The position numbers and the translations under genes are program-made. Shown piece by piece: positions 8,161 through 16,252 of a stretch of DNA of 53,900 nt. The stretch is from positions 1 to 53,900 of IMG/VR virus record IMGVR_UViG_3300030107_003563. The stretch is one strand, 5' to 3'. The notes below the pieces were generated by a model. That model was not told the origin of the DNA. It did no database searches and saw only the letters and a list, made by a program, of their open reading frames with translations. The first letter of the stretch is position 1. The number at the start of each line of letters is the position of its first letter. Origin of the DNA: a virus (Duplodnaviria; Caudoviricetes).

Positions 8161-8403
8161 CTACTCAGTAATTTGTAAGTCACGACAGAAAGCTGGTATT
8201 GCATTACTGTTTGTATATGACTTGTACTTTGCAAAACAATTCATTGCTTCAAATCTTTCTTTATGAGTATTATATACTTCATCATGATTATATGATACAT
8301 TTTCTTGTTTTTTGTTTACAAAAGTTATAATTGTATTTTTACCAATTAGACTTTTTCTAATTACAAATCTTTTAGTTGTTAAAGTGTTAGTTAATTTTGA
8401 CAT
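8161..8403 (-). CDS. Hypothetical protein, first gene of early arm
   Basis: Directly downstream of two tandem class-A motifs. Confidence 0.7.
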   Translation of the reverse strand: MSKLTNTLTTKRFVIRKSLIGKNTIITFVNKKQENVSYNHDEVYNTHKERFEAMNCFAKYKSYTNSNAIPAFCRDLQITE

Positions 8404-8449
8404 AGTTAATTTATTTTAGTTATTATTAATTTATTTTGTTTACATTTAT

Positions 8450-8480
8450 ATTATCCAATTTGTCTCGTATTTAGTTTGTA
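8450..8480 (-). promoter_or_regulatory. Class-A promoter-like motif
   Basis: Consensus copy; plus strand attatcc-aatttgtct-cgtatttagtttgta. Confidence 0.7.
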
Positions 8481-8589
8481 AAAGTATATTGTTTGTTTAT
8501 TATATAATTTACTATTGTATGTATTGCCGCGACTTTCTTATTGTATAATTTAATTTATTTAGTTGTTGTTATTTATTTGTTACATATAT

Positions 8590-8620
8590 ATTATCCAAAT
8601 GCTATCGTATTTAGTTTGTA
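8590..8620 (-). promoter_or_regulatory. Class-A promoter-like motif
   Basis: Consensus copy 140 bp from previous; plus strand attatcc-aaatgctat-cgtatttagtttgta. Confidence 0.7.
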
Positions 8621-8751
8621 GAAAAAAGCTAAAATGTTTTAATACAAATGAATTTTGAATTATATAATATAAATAAAATAAATATAAAAAATATACAATT
8701 TTAAATGAAAAACGAAGGCGAGGCGGCAAAAATGAATTGAGTTTTAAGCTA

Positions 8752-8777
8752 GGGGGGCGGGGGCCTATAGGAGGGGG
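8752..8777 (+). other. G-tract island at the strand switch
   Basis: GGGGGGCGGGGGCCTATAGGAGGGGG within very AT-rich intergenic DNA. Confidence 0.5.
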
Positions 8778-8816
8778 CTACATTTTACCCCAATATATAC
8801 AATGTACCCTTTTATA

Positions 8817-8861
8817 TGACATTAGCCTATTAATAATACCTAGTAACTAGCTAGTGTCACA
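8817..8861. promoter_or_regulatory. Long-spacer inverted repeat, copy 2 (TGACATTAGC...GCTAGTGTCA)
   Basis: Shares 16 bp with 2682-2697 and the distal TGTCACA. Confidence 0.6.
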
Positions 8862-8865
8862 CTTT

Positions 8866-8893
8866 TAAATAAACGAGTATATAAGTAACTATA
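8866..8893 (+). promoter_or_regulatory. Class-B promoter-like motif TAAAT-N14-GTAACTATA
   Basis: 5 nt upstream of first plus-strand ATG. Confidence 0.6.
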
Positions 8894-8898
8894 ATTAT

Positions 8899-9345
8899 AT
8901 GAACAAACTACTAATTACAATTCTACTATGCTTTAACTATGTTAGTGCTCAAACATTATGCGATTCTCTATCTTTTAGTATTGCCACAAGCTCAGCGCTT
9001 ACAGTTATAGGTACAAACATTTCTTCAGATAGTACCAACTTTATGTGGGGTGTTTGTGATAACAGTATGTGTTACTCTTCAAGTGGCGATACTGCATATT
9101 TCCTTTTAGTTAACCCACTCGACACGGTAAAAGTTTGCTATGACATATCTCCACAATGGTCGTGTACCGAGTGTTATTATGTTATGTTTAATGGTTTCAC
9201 GTGGCAATTGCTTAATACAATTACACATGTTAACGATTTAAAACCACAAGTAAATAATAGTAAAATATATGACTTATTAGGAAGAGAGTTAAAAAGTATA
9301 CCTAAAGGCAAGTTATATATTAGAAATGGCAAACTATATAAATAG
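8899..9345 (+). CDS. Secreted protein with T9SS C-terminal-domain-like tail
   Basis: Signal peptide MNKLLITILLCFNYVSAQ; C-terminal KIYDLLGREL...KGKLYIRNGKLYK. Confidence 0.65.
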   Translation: MNKLLITILLCFNYVSAQTLCDSLSFSIATSSALTVIGTNISSDSTNFMWGVCDNSMCYSSSGDTAYFLLVNPLDTVKVCYDISPQWSCTECYYVMFNGFTWQLLNTITHVNDLKPQVNNSKIYDLLGRELKSIPKGKLYIRNGKLYK

Positions 9346-9347
9346 TG

Positions 9348-9375
9348 TAAATTATAAATTAATTGTGTGATAATA
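9348..9375 (+). promoter_or_regulatory. Class-B promoter-like motif TAAAT-N14-GTGATAATA
   Basis: 5 nt upstream of ATG 9381. Confidence 0.6.
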
Positions 9376-9380
9376 GAGTT

Positions 9381-9647
9381 ATGAGTAAATTTAAACTAAA
9401 GGGGCCATCGCTTTATCCAAATATAATAAGATCTTCTTCTGGATATCGGATTAATTCCGATGCATACAATGAAAGTTGTTTAATTGTACCTGATAACAAA
9501 ATCAGCATGAAAGAAGAAAATGGCGATCCTTTAGAAAAAGGTAAGATAAAAGGTACTGGTTTAACAACTGGAACAACAATAATAATGGAACCTGGTAAAG
9601 AATACGAATTTCCTGGAGATGAGGAAGTATTAGAAGAACCAGTATAA
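9381..9647 (+). CDS. Hypothetical protein with variant leader (MSKFKLKGP)
   Basis: ATG 9381 preferred over TTG 9363; ISMK...MEPGKEYEFPG..V.EEP domain. Confidence 0.7.
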   Translation: MSKFKLKGPSLYPNIIRSSSGYRINSDAYNESCLIVPDNKISMKEENGDPLEKGKIKGTGLTTGTTIIMEPGKEYEFPGDEEVLEEPV

Positions 9648-9660
9648 AAAAAATAGTAAT

Positions 9661-10029
9661 ATGGCATTTAAAATGAAAGGTTTTCCATTTGCAGGAAAAT
9701 CACCAATAAAAGATATAACAAGAAATCCTTCGTACCCAGGTTCTCATAATGAGGCTCATCAATTATTTGACGAAGGAAAAGGTCCAGATCCACACGCAGA
9801 AACTAAGCCTCTTAAACAAAAAGAAGAAAAAAGCTTTACAGACAACGAAGAATCTTACATGGATAAAGTTTACGCAGAAGTAAGTAAAATGATGGGAGAT
9901 AGTGGTGGCTATGATATTGGAGAAATAGTAGCTATGTCTGAAAAAGAAAGAATAGGTAATATAGACGGTTATGAATCAGGAGATTTTGCTAAAATGGTAG
10001 CAAAAGCTAAAAAGAAAGTTAAAAGATAA
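9661..10029 (+). CDS. MAFKM-leader protein 1
   Basis: MAFKMKGFPFAGKSPIKD. Confidence 0.8.
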   Translation: MAFKMKGFPFAGKSPIKDITRNPSYPGSHNEAHQLFDEGKGPDPHAETKPLKQKEEKSFTDNEESYMDKVYAEVSKMMGDSGGYDIGEIVAMSEKERIGNIDGYESGDFAKMVAKAKKKVKR

Positions 10030-10035
10030 ATAAAC

Positions 10036-10293
10036 ATGGCGTTTAAGATGAAAGTACCTTTTCTTATCACCTATAAAATGAAAGGTGGCATCCTATGTGA
10101 TGCTCATGGTAAACCTGTTGGGCCCACAAATCCTAATAGGTGTAACCCATACGATCATCCTCCAGGTCCAGATAATCCATGTACTAAAAAAAATAAAGAT
10201 CCAAAATTAGCTGCAATAGGCGGTGAAACTAGTTGGCGAAATAAAGGAGGTCTTTTCGCGTATAAAAAGAAAAGATCTTGCGGTTGTAAATAA
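10036..10293 (+). CDS. MAFKM-leader protein 2 (Cys/Pro-rich)
   Basis: MAFKMKVPFLITYKMKGG. Confidence 0.75.
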   Translation: MAFKMKVPFLITYKMKGGILCDAHGKPVGPTNPNRCNPYDHPPGPDNPCTKKNKDPKLAAIGGETSWRNKGGLFAYKKKRSCGCK

Positions 10294-10307
10294 AAAATAA
10301 ATAAACT

Positions 10308-10838
10308 ATGGCATTTAAAATGAAAGGATTCCCAATGCACAATACATCTGCATTGAAAAACTATAAAAACCCACAAGACTACAAAGTATTTAACATGGGT
10401 AATAAACCATCACCATTTGAGCAAACAGATGGTGATCTAAGAGAGTGGTTATTAGGTGAAAAGGGGTTTAGCCAAGAAGAAGCTGACCAAATGATTACAT
10501 CTGGAGCTTATACTACTTCTAATGAAGATTTCTTAGCGTGGTATAATAAAAGAGGAGAAACTCAAGATTTAGCAGAAGAACGTGTAGATGCCCCAGTAGA
10601 AGATCCTCCAGTAGAAGGTTCTGCAATGAACTATAAATCTCCAATGGCGAATAGAGTAACAAGTGATGTAACCAAACTACCAGTTAATCATGAACATAAG
10701 GATAAAGATGGTAACGTTATAGAAACTCATACTTATGCGCAACCTAAATATTATGAAGGCACCAAAAGGATCAGACCAGGAGGAGTTGATAAAGTGGGAA
10801 CAATAACACCAGCTCCAAAGATGAAAAAGAAAAAATAG
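10308..10838 (+). CDS. MAFKM-leader protein 3
   Basis: MAFKMKGFPMHNTSALKN...PSPFEQ...SAMNYKSPMAN. Confidence 0.8.
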   Translation: MAFKMKGFPMHNTSALKNYKNPQDYKVFNMGNKPSPFEQTDGDLREWLLGEKGFSQEEADQMITSGAYTTSNEDFLAWYNKRGETQDLAEERVDAPVEDPPVEGSAMNYKSPMANRVTSDVTKLPVNHEHKDKDGNVIETHTYAQPKYYEGTKRIRPGGVDKVGTITPAPKMKKKK

Positions 10839-10884
10839 GGAAAGTCCCTAAACCAAGTCAATATTAACCAAAAAAACCAAAAAA

Positions 10885-11178
10885 ATGACTTATTTATACT
10901 ACAAGACTAGTACATTAACTAGCAACACAAAACCAAATGAGAAAACTATTAACCAATGGGAGCATTTAGCCAGTAAGAAAAACTGGAGAATTACGCAATT
11001 ACCTAATGGATTTTACCAAACAGAGGTAAATGATCCAGAAAATGACAAAAATTGGCATGACGTAACGCGTAGAGAGACCATAGAAGGCGCAGAAGCTGCA
11101 ATTGACGGCAGTGTTGAACATTTCTCAAAGAAATTAGAGGCTACAAAAGGCCCAAAAGTAATAAAAACGTTCGAATAG
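10885..11178 (+). CDS. Hypothetical protein
   Basis: 97-aa ORF with A-rich leader, upstream of groEL. Confidence 0.75.
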   Translation: MTYLYYKTSTLTSNTKPNEKTINQWEHLASKKNWRITQLPNGFYQTEVNDPENDKNWHDVTRRETIEGAEAAIDGSVEHFSKKLEATKGPKVIKTFE

Positions 11179-11206
11179 AGCACAATTTAATTAAATTTAA
11201 TCAAAT

Positions 11207-12772
11207 ATGGAATACAATCAGCCTAGCGAGATTGTCAAAGATGTAAATTTTGGCGATATTGCTAAAAACAAAGTAATTGCTGGTGTAGAAAAGCTAGCAA
11301 AAGCAGTAAAATCAACCTTAGGAGCATCTGGAAAGTGCGTAATTTACGAAGACGCCAGAGGTCTCCCGGTCATAACAAAAGATGGAGTAACAGTAGCAGA
11401 ATCTGTAGTCTTATTTGACCCGGTTGAAAATATGGGTGCTACCCTTATTAAAGAAGCTGCAAGAAATACAGTAAGAGAAGCAGGTGACGGTACTACTACA
11501 GCTACCGTCCTTGCTGAATCTTTGATAAAAGAAGTTAGTAAGTGTAAAGCTAATACAAGAGAAATAAAAGACGGGATTAAATCTGGTCTTACAAAAGTAA
11601 ATGATTACCTTAATAAGATTTCTGTCAAGATCGAGGGCGATATGCTGAAATCTGTTAGTTCAATTAGTTGTAATAATGATGAAGAGCTAGGAAAGATTAT
11701 AGCAGAAGCTTATACTAAAGTAGGTAAAGATGGTGTGGTGTTAATGGAGGAGTCTCCAACAGAAGAAACGTATGTTGAAGTCGTAGATGGTGTACAGATA
11801 GACTCAGGACTCACATCTCCACATTTTGTTACCGATAAAGACAAGCAAATTTGTGAGCTTGATAATCCTTTAGTATTAATCGTTTCTTCAGAAATCCCAA
11901 ATATAAGAAGAATACAAAAAATATTAGAGTATGTTATTAAGAATAAGAGATCATTATTAATTGTAGCACCAGTTGACCAGCAAGTTAAAGCTGCTCTTCT
12001 TATGAATAAGGTAAAAGGTAACATTAAAGTTAACATCGTTGACTTACCAGGCTTTGGTCCTACTAAAGAAGATACAGTTGCTGATTTAGCATTCTTGGTT
12101 GGAGCTAAAGTAATTAATGAGCAATTAGGTGATGATCTTGATTTAATCGATATAGATTGTTTAGGTGAAGCATACACTTCTATAACTGACGATAAAAACA
12201 CTGTTCTTACTATAGATACTCCAGAAGATCAAATGGAGGAGAGAATTAAAAGTATTAAGAAAACTATAGATAAGTGGGATAAAAATCCATTTATACAAAA
12301 GAAACATAAAGAAAGATTAGCTATGCTATCTGGATCAGTAGGAATGGTAAAAGTAGGTGCTGATTCTAAAGTTGAACTTAAAGAAAAGAAAGATAGAATA
12401 GAAGATGCTATCTACGCCACAAAAGCAGCTTTGAAAGAAGGTATTGTACCAGGAGGAGGTGTAGCGCTATTAAACGCTTCTCAAAAAATTTCGACCGACT
12501 GCGTCGGTGAAGAGATACTTTCCAAGGCTATTCAAGCTCCTTTCTACACTGTATTAGAAAACGCGGGTATTACCTACCCAGATTACGATGGTGTAGATGG
12601 TGAAGGTGTTGATGTTGTTACTGGAGAAAAAGTTGATATGATTAAAGCTGGTATCATTGATCCAGTGCTTGTAACTAAGTCAGCATTAAAAAACGCTGTA
12701 AGTGTAGTTTCAACAATTATATCTGCAGATTGTGTAATTTCAAATATGAGAATGAATGAAAGCGATCAATAG
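11207..12772 (+). CDS. groEL: Phage chaperonin GroEL
   Basis: ITKDGVTVA, AGDGTTTATVLA, EGIVPGGGVAL, GIIDPVLV; no C-terminal GGM tail. Confidence 0.97.
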   Translation: MEYNQPSEIVKDVNFGDIAKNKVIAGVEKLAKAVKSTLGASGKCVIYEDARGLPVITKDGVTVAESVVLFDPVENMGATLIKEAARNTVREAGDGTTTATVLAESLIKEVSKCKANTREIKDGIKSGLTKVNDYLNKISVKIEGDMLKSVSSISCNNDEELGKIIAEAYTKVGKDGVVLMEESPTEETYVEVVDGVQIDSGLTSPHFVTDKDKQICELDNPLVLIVSSEIPNIRRIQKILEYVIKNKRSLLIVAPVDQQVKAALLMNKVKGNIKVNIVDLPGFGPTKEDTVADLAFLVGAKVINEQLGDDLDLIDIDCLGEAYTSITDDKNTVLTIDTPEDQMEERIKSIKKTIDKWDKNPFIQKKHKERLAMLSGSVGMVKVGADSKVELKEKKDRIEDAIYATKAALKEGIVPGGGVALLNASQKISTDCVGEEILSKAIQAPFYTVLENAGITYPDYDGVDGEGVDVVTGEKVDMIKAGIIDPVLVTKSALKNAVSVVSTIISADCVISNMRMNESDQ

Positions 12773-13013
12773 ATATATAATAGTAGACAAGATAAAAACA
12801 GGGCCTAAAAAGGTTGCTGGTCTTATAATGACAGATGATACCGATGTTGACAATAGGTATTTAAAAGCAAAAATAATATCGTGTGGTAATTTAGTTGAAG
12901 GATTAAAAGATGGAGATACGATATATTACGATAAACATGCTGGACACGACATATCATGGAAAGATACTCTTTATAGAGTTATTCGTGATGGTGACGTTGT
13001 TCTAGTAGATTAA
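12756..13013 (+). CDS. groES: Co-chaperonin GroES
   Basis: MKAINRYIIV...AGLIM...GLKDGDTIYYDKHAG...IRDGDVV; overlaps groEL end. Confidence 0.88.
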   Translation: MKAINRYIIVDKIKTGPKKVAGLIMTDDTDVDNRYLKAKIISCGNLVEGLKDGDTIYYDKHAGHDISWKDTLYRVIRDGDVVLVD

Positions 13014-13083
13014 GCCTAAACCACAACCCTTAAACCTTAAACTTAAAAACGAAAACAAATTATTAATTAAAAACAAAAAAATT

Positions 13084-13398
13084 ATGAACAGAAGTGATGA
13101 AGTTTATTGTTTTGCTCAGGTTGCAGATAACGACTCTTGTGGCTTTCCTTTATCTAGATTAAGATCTATAAACGGAGGGACAGGGGAACTTATTCTAGCT
13201 ATTGATGAGCCATCAGGAAACGTTGATGCTATTACACTAACAACTGGAGCAGATGAGCTTACTGCAGCAATGCAATTATGTAGAGCTTTAAGTGAAGCTA
13301 CTAGAAACACACAATCAAACGTTGTAGTATTAGCTAACTTAGCTGCTGCCACGGTAACTGTTATTCCAGAAATTACTGGTTGCAGTACTATAGCCTAA
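13084..13398 (+). CDS. Hypothetical protein, paralog of next gene
   Basis: Shares FPLS/YPVS, DAITL/DILTI and DELTAA/DEFQAM with 13424-13708. Confidence 0.7.
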   Translation: MNRSDEVYCFAQVADNDSCGFPLSRLRSINGGTGELILAIDEPSGNVDAITLTTGADELTAAMQLCRALSEATRNTQSNVVVLANLAAATVTVIPEITGCSTIA

Positions 13399-13423
13399 TT
13401 ATTAACATTATAAAATAAAAAAA

Positions 13424-13708
13424 ATGATAGAGAAATTTTTAGTCATGCAAACTGCAGCAAACGATGTTATGGTATACCCTGTATCTAAAATGAAAGGTAT
13501 GGAAGGTAAAGATGGTACTGTTGACATTAGTTTTGACACGGTTGGAGCTGACGACATATTAACAATAAATACAAGTGATGAGTTTCAAGCAATGCAAGAT
13601 ATTGCTGAAGCTATAGGTGGTAACAAAGATGGTGCTATCTTACTTGGTGATGATGTAGCTGGTACTTATATTAGTACTAGTATCACATCTATCGGTGATT
13701 CAGCATAA
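13424..13708 (+). CDS. Hypothetical protein, paralog of previous gene
   Basis: Shares the same three motifs with 13084-13398. Confidence 0.7.
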   Translation: MIEKFLVMQTAANDVMVYPVSKMKGMEGKDGTVDISFDTVGADDILTINTSDEFQAMQDIAEAIGGNKDGAILLGDDVAGTYISTSITSIGDSA

Positions 13709-13713
13709 TCTGA

Positions 13714-14154
13714 ATGCGATTAACCGCGCAGGATCTGCGTGAAATGAATATCCTTAAGTATTACAGGCTCACTAGAAAGTGGGTCTGTAAAACTTACGGG
13801 TTAAAAGATGCAGATTTAGAATTATTAATTTATTTAGATTGTAAAGGAAGATTTACACGACAAGACTTTATAGACGGTGTTTATACATATTCGTGGGATA
13901 AAGCAAGATGGGACAGATTAAGAAACGAAGGTTGGATTGATGTATGGAGACATAGAAATAGAACAACTATAATGTATTCAGTTTTTAAAACCTCGTGGAA
14001 ATGTTCTCAAATGATAAGTAGGATATATCGTATCCTATTAGGCGAGGAAGACTTGCCCACTTCAGAAAGAAGTGTATTTTATAAGAATAAATCATATACA
14101 GATAAAGTTTACAATAAAGCTATAGATGATATGATTAAAGATAAAGATAGATAA
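13714..14154 (+). CDS. Hypothetical protein, possibly winged-helix DNA-binding
   Basis: YGLKDADLELLIYLD...RLRNEGWIDVWR pattern resembles MarR-like wHTH. Confidence 0.55.
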   Translation: MRLTAQDLREMNILKYYRLTRKWVCKTYGLKDADLELLIYLDCKGRFTRQDFIDGVYTYSWDKARWDRLRNEGWIDVWRHRNRTTIMYSVFKTSWKCSQMISRIYRILLGEEDLPTSERSVFYKNKSYTDKVYNKAIDDMIKDKDR

Positions 14155-14155
14155 T

Positions 14156-14362
14156 ATGGCATTCAAAATGAGAGGTTTTAGTCCCTTTACACAAAAAGTC
14201 GATCCAGATGCACCTGGTACTCCAGGAGAACCTGGATATGAACCACCGGTTAAACGTGAAGATTTAGACGAAATGGGTAAAAAGATTTGGGATTGTCACA
14301 GAAATCCAACAACTAGATGGAATAACAAGACTAAAAAGTGTGAACCAATAAAAAAAGATTAA
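14156..14362 (+). CDS. MAFKM-leader protein 4
   Basis: MAFKMRGFSPFTQ; C-terminal C-x7-WN-x5-C module. Confidence 0.75.
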   Translation: MAFKMRGFSPFTQKVDPDAPGTPGEPGYEPPVKREDLDEMGKKIWDCHRNPTTRWNNKTKKCEPIKKD

Positions 14363-14363
14363 C

Positions 14364-14780
14364 ATGGCTTTTAAAATGAAAGGTAGTCCTATGTATAGAA
14401 ACTTTGGTATTAGCTCTCCTATTCAACAAAAACGTTGTTTGGAGGGTTTTAAAGGTAGCTGTAGGTTAAACTTATGGGACAGAATAAAAAGTAATAGAGG
14501 TTGGAAAAAATTCAAATACAATTTAAAAGAAGGATTTAAAGATATTGGAGAGGGATTAAGAGATGCTGGAGATTGGACTGGTATAACAGACTTTGATAAA
14601 GATGGACGCTGGTGGCAAAGTAATGACGATCAAACTTCTTGGGGTAGTGGTAGAGATCTTAGACACAAACCTATAAATAGAGGTAAAGGTAAAGAAGAAG
14701 AGTATATAACGCTAGAAGATGATATTTGGCAGCAGCAGTTTGAGCAAGACGAATCGGGAGGTGAACAAAGATTATCATAA
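14364..14780 (+). CDS. MAFKM-leader protein 5
   Basis: MAFKMKGSPMYRNFGISSPIQQ. Confidence 0.8.
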   Translation: MAFKMKGSPMYRNFGISSPIQQKRCLEGFKGSCRLNLWDRIKSNRGWKKFKYNLKEGFKDIGEGLRDAGDWTGITDFDKDGRWWQSNDDQTSWGSGRDLRHKPINRGKGKEEEYITLEDDIWQQQFEQDESGGEQRLS

Positions 14781-14792
14781 ATAATAAAAGAT

Positions 14793-15014
14793 ATGGCATT
14801 TAAAATGAAAGGGTGGTCCCCACTTAACCAAAAAAAAATATGGAAAGAAGGTGAAGATTACGTAGATAAAGATGGGAACTATTGGAGTTGGGATACTTTT
14901 ACAAACAAACATAATAAAATAGATATCGATTTAAGAGGCGTTCCGGCTAAAGATTGGAAGAAAGAAATAAGAAAACAAGATCCTGATTTTAAATTTCCTA
15001 ACGAAGATAAATAA
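14793..15014 (+). CDS. MAFKM-leader protein 6
   Basis: MAFKMKGWSPLNQ. Confidence 0.75.
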   Translation: MAFKMKGWSPLNQKKIWKEGEDYVDKDGNYWSWDTFTNKHNKIDIDLRGVPAKDWKKEIRKQDPDFKFPNEDK

Positions 15015-15015
15015 T

Positions 15016-15423
15016 ATGGCATTCAAAATGAAACGCACTAAAGCAACTTTTCCTTTTAAAGGAGAAGGTCATGACTTCTTACATAAAGGAGATTATAAAA
15101 TAGTACGTAAAGATTTAGACGAAGGTGTACTTGGAGAGGCTGAAAATGGTAAAACTATCAATATAGATGTAAGTATACCTAAAGGTAGTAAAAAAGAAAA
15201 AGAAGTTGTTACACATGAAATACATCATCAAGAGGAAATGAACAATGGTGATTTATCATATGATGATGATAGTGTAGAAGATAAAATAGCAAATAAAACA
15301 TATACAAGAGAAAACGGTAATTTAATAGATGATGAAACCGGAGAGGTTTACGAAGAAGGAGATGATAGTTTACCGCATGAGCAAAGAGCATACAAAGCTA
15401 GTAATAAAATAAAAAACGCATAA
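15016..15423 (+). CDS. MAFKM-leader protein 7, zincin-like metallopeptidase
   Basis: GVLGEA...INID...THEIHH (HExxH) plus downstream LPHEQRAY. Confidence 0.7.
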   Translation: MAFKMKRTKATFPFKGEGHDFLHKGDYKIVRKDLDEGVLGEAENGKTINIDVSIPKGSKKEKEVVTHEIHHQEEMNNGDLSYDDDSVEDKIANKTYTRENGNLIDDETGEVYEEGDDSLPHEQRAYKASNKIKNA

Positions 15424-15424
15424 T

Positions 15425-16045
15425 ATGGCATTCAAAATGAACAGGCCCTTAAAAATGGCTGGAACAAGAAAATCAACAATAAACAGATACGGTAGAAAAA
15501 CAAAGCCAGCTATGGAGATGGAAAGCGGTTTATACTACAATAGTGCCATGGGCCCTATGAAAATGCACTCACCATCTGCATTAAAGCAAATGGAAGAAGG
15601 TATGGGTGATATGGGTGGTATGGAAGCAATGATGGGTATGATGGGTGGAGCTCCAGAAGGAGGAGGTGCACCTGCTGATACAACAGCAGCTCCAGCTGAA
15701 AAAACAGAAAAGAAACAAGAATCTTGGAGTTTTGACGAAACTGATCTTCAAGGTGGTGATATGGGAGAAGTTAAAACAGATGAGGCTACTGGACAACTTT
15801 ACGTTATTGTAGAAAACGAAGACGAGTTAATCGCAGGCTTAGGACAAGATATTAAAGTTATAATACCCCCAAACATTGCAAAGCAGGCCAACGCTAAACC
15901 TGGTGAATTACTTACTGGTGGTGATTATCAAGTTCAGTTAAACCCTGAAACTAACGAGTACGAAATACAAACTATGAACGACGAAAGCCAAGGAGAAGCT
16001 ATTGAGAAAATAGAACAAGGCGAAGGAGGAGAAAGCGATTACTAA
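15425..16045 (+). CDS. MAFKM-leader protein 8 (Met/Gly-rich linker, acidic C-terminal domain)
   Basis: MAFKMNRPLKM...SPSALKQ...GMGDMGGMEAMMGMMGG. Confidence 0.8.
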   Translation: MAFKMNRPLKMAGTRKSTINRYGRKTKPAMEMESGLYYNSAMGPMKMHSPSALKQMEEGMGDMGGMEAMMGMMGGAPEGGGAPADTTAAPAEKTEKKQESWSFDETDLQGGDMGEVKTDEATGQLYVIVENEDELIAGLGQDIKVIIPPNIAKQANAKPGELLTGGDYQVQLNPETNEYEIQTMNDESQGEAIEKIEQGEGGESDY

Positions 16046-16251
16046 TGGGTTGGTTTAAAGTAATGGGTGGCGTGACCACCCCGTTTTTACAAAAGAAACC
16101 TGTTTTTGATGAAAGTAAAGGTTGGAAAAAAGGTGAGGCTTATACGACTAAAAGCGGGGTAAAAGGTCATTATGTTTTCGATCCTAAAGGTAAAAAATAT
16201 TTTATGACTAGTGATGGTAAACTACACACTGGTCAAATAGACGATTTATAA
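16045..16251 (+). CDS. Variant-leader small protein
   Basis: MGWFKVMGGVTTPFLQK. Confidence 0.7.
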   Translation: MGWFKVMGGVTTPFLQKKPVFDESKGWKKGEAYTTKSGVKGHYVFDPKGKKYFMTSDGKLHTGQIDDL

Positions 16252-16252
16252 T

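Noticed and set aside
4393-8266. Plus-strand ORFs in the early arm (4393, 4524, 7484, 7698, 8051)
   Set aside because: Antisense to the coherent minus-strand array; mostly non-ATG starts and shadow-like composition.
4545-8620. Class-A repeats as a CRISPR array or host sigma-A promoters
   Set aside because: Copies are dispersed at irregular distances with genes between them; TAGTTTG is one base short of TAnnTTTG and faces away from the genes.
13015-13050. Short CCT(T)AAA repeats after groES
   Set aside because: Too short and degenerate to support a functional call.
9661-16045. MAFKM proteins as RiPP precursors or Sec/lipoprotein substrates
   Set aside because: No modifying enzymes or transporter nearby, and the leader has no hydrophobic core or lipobox.
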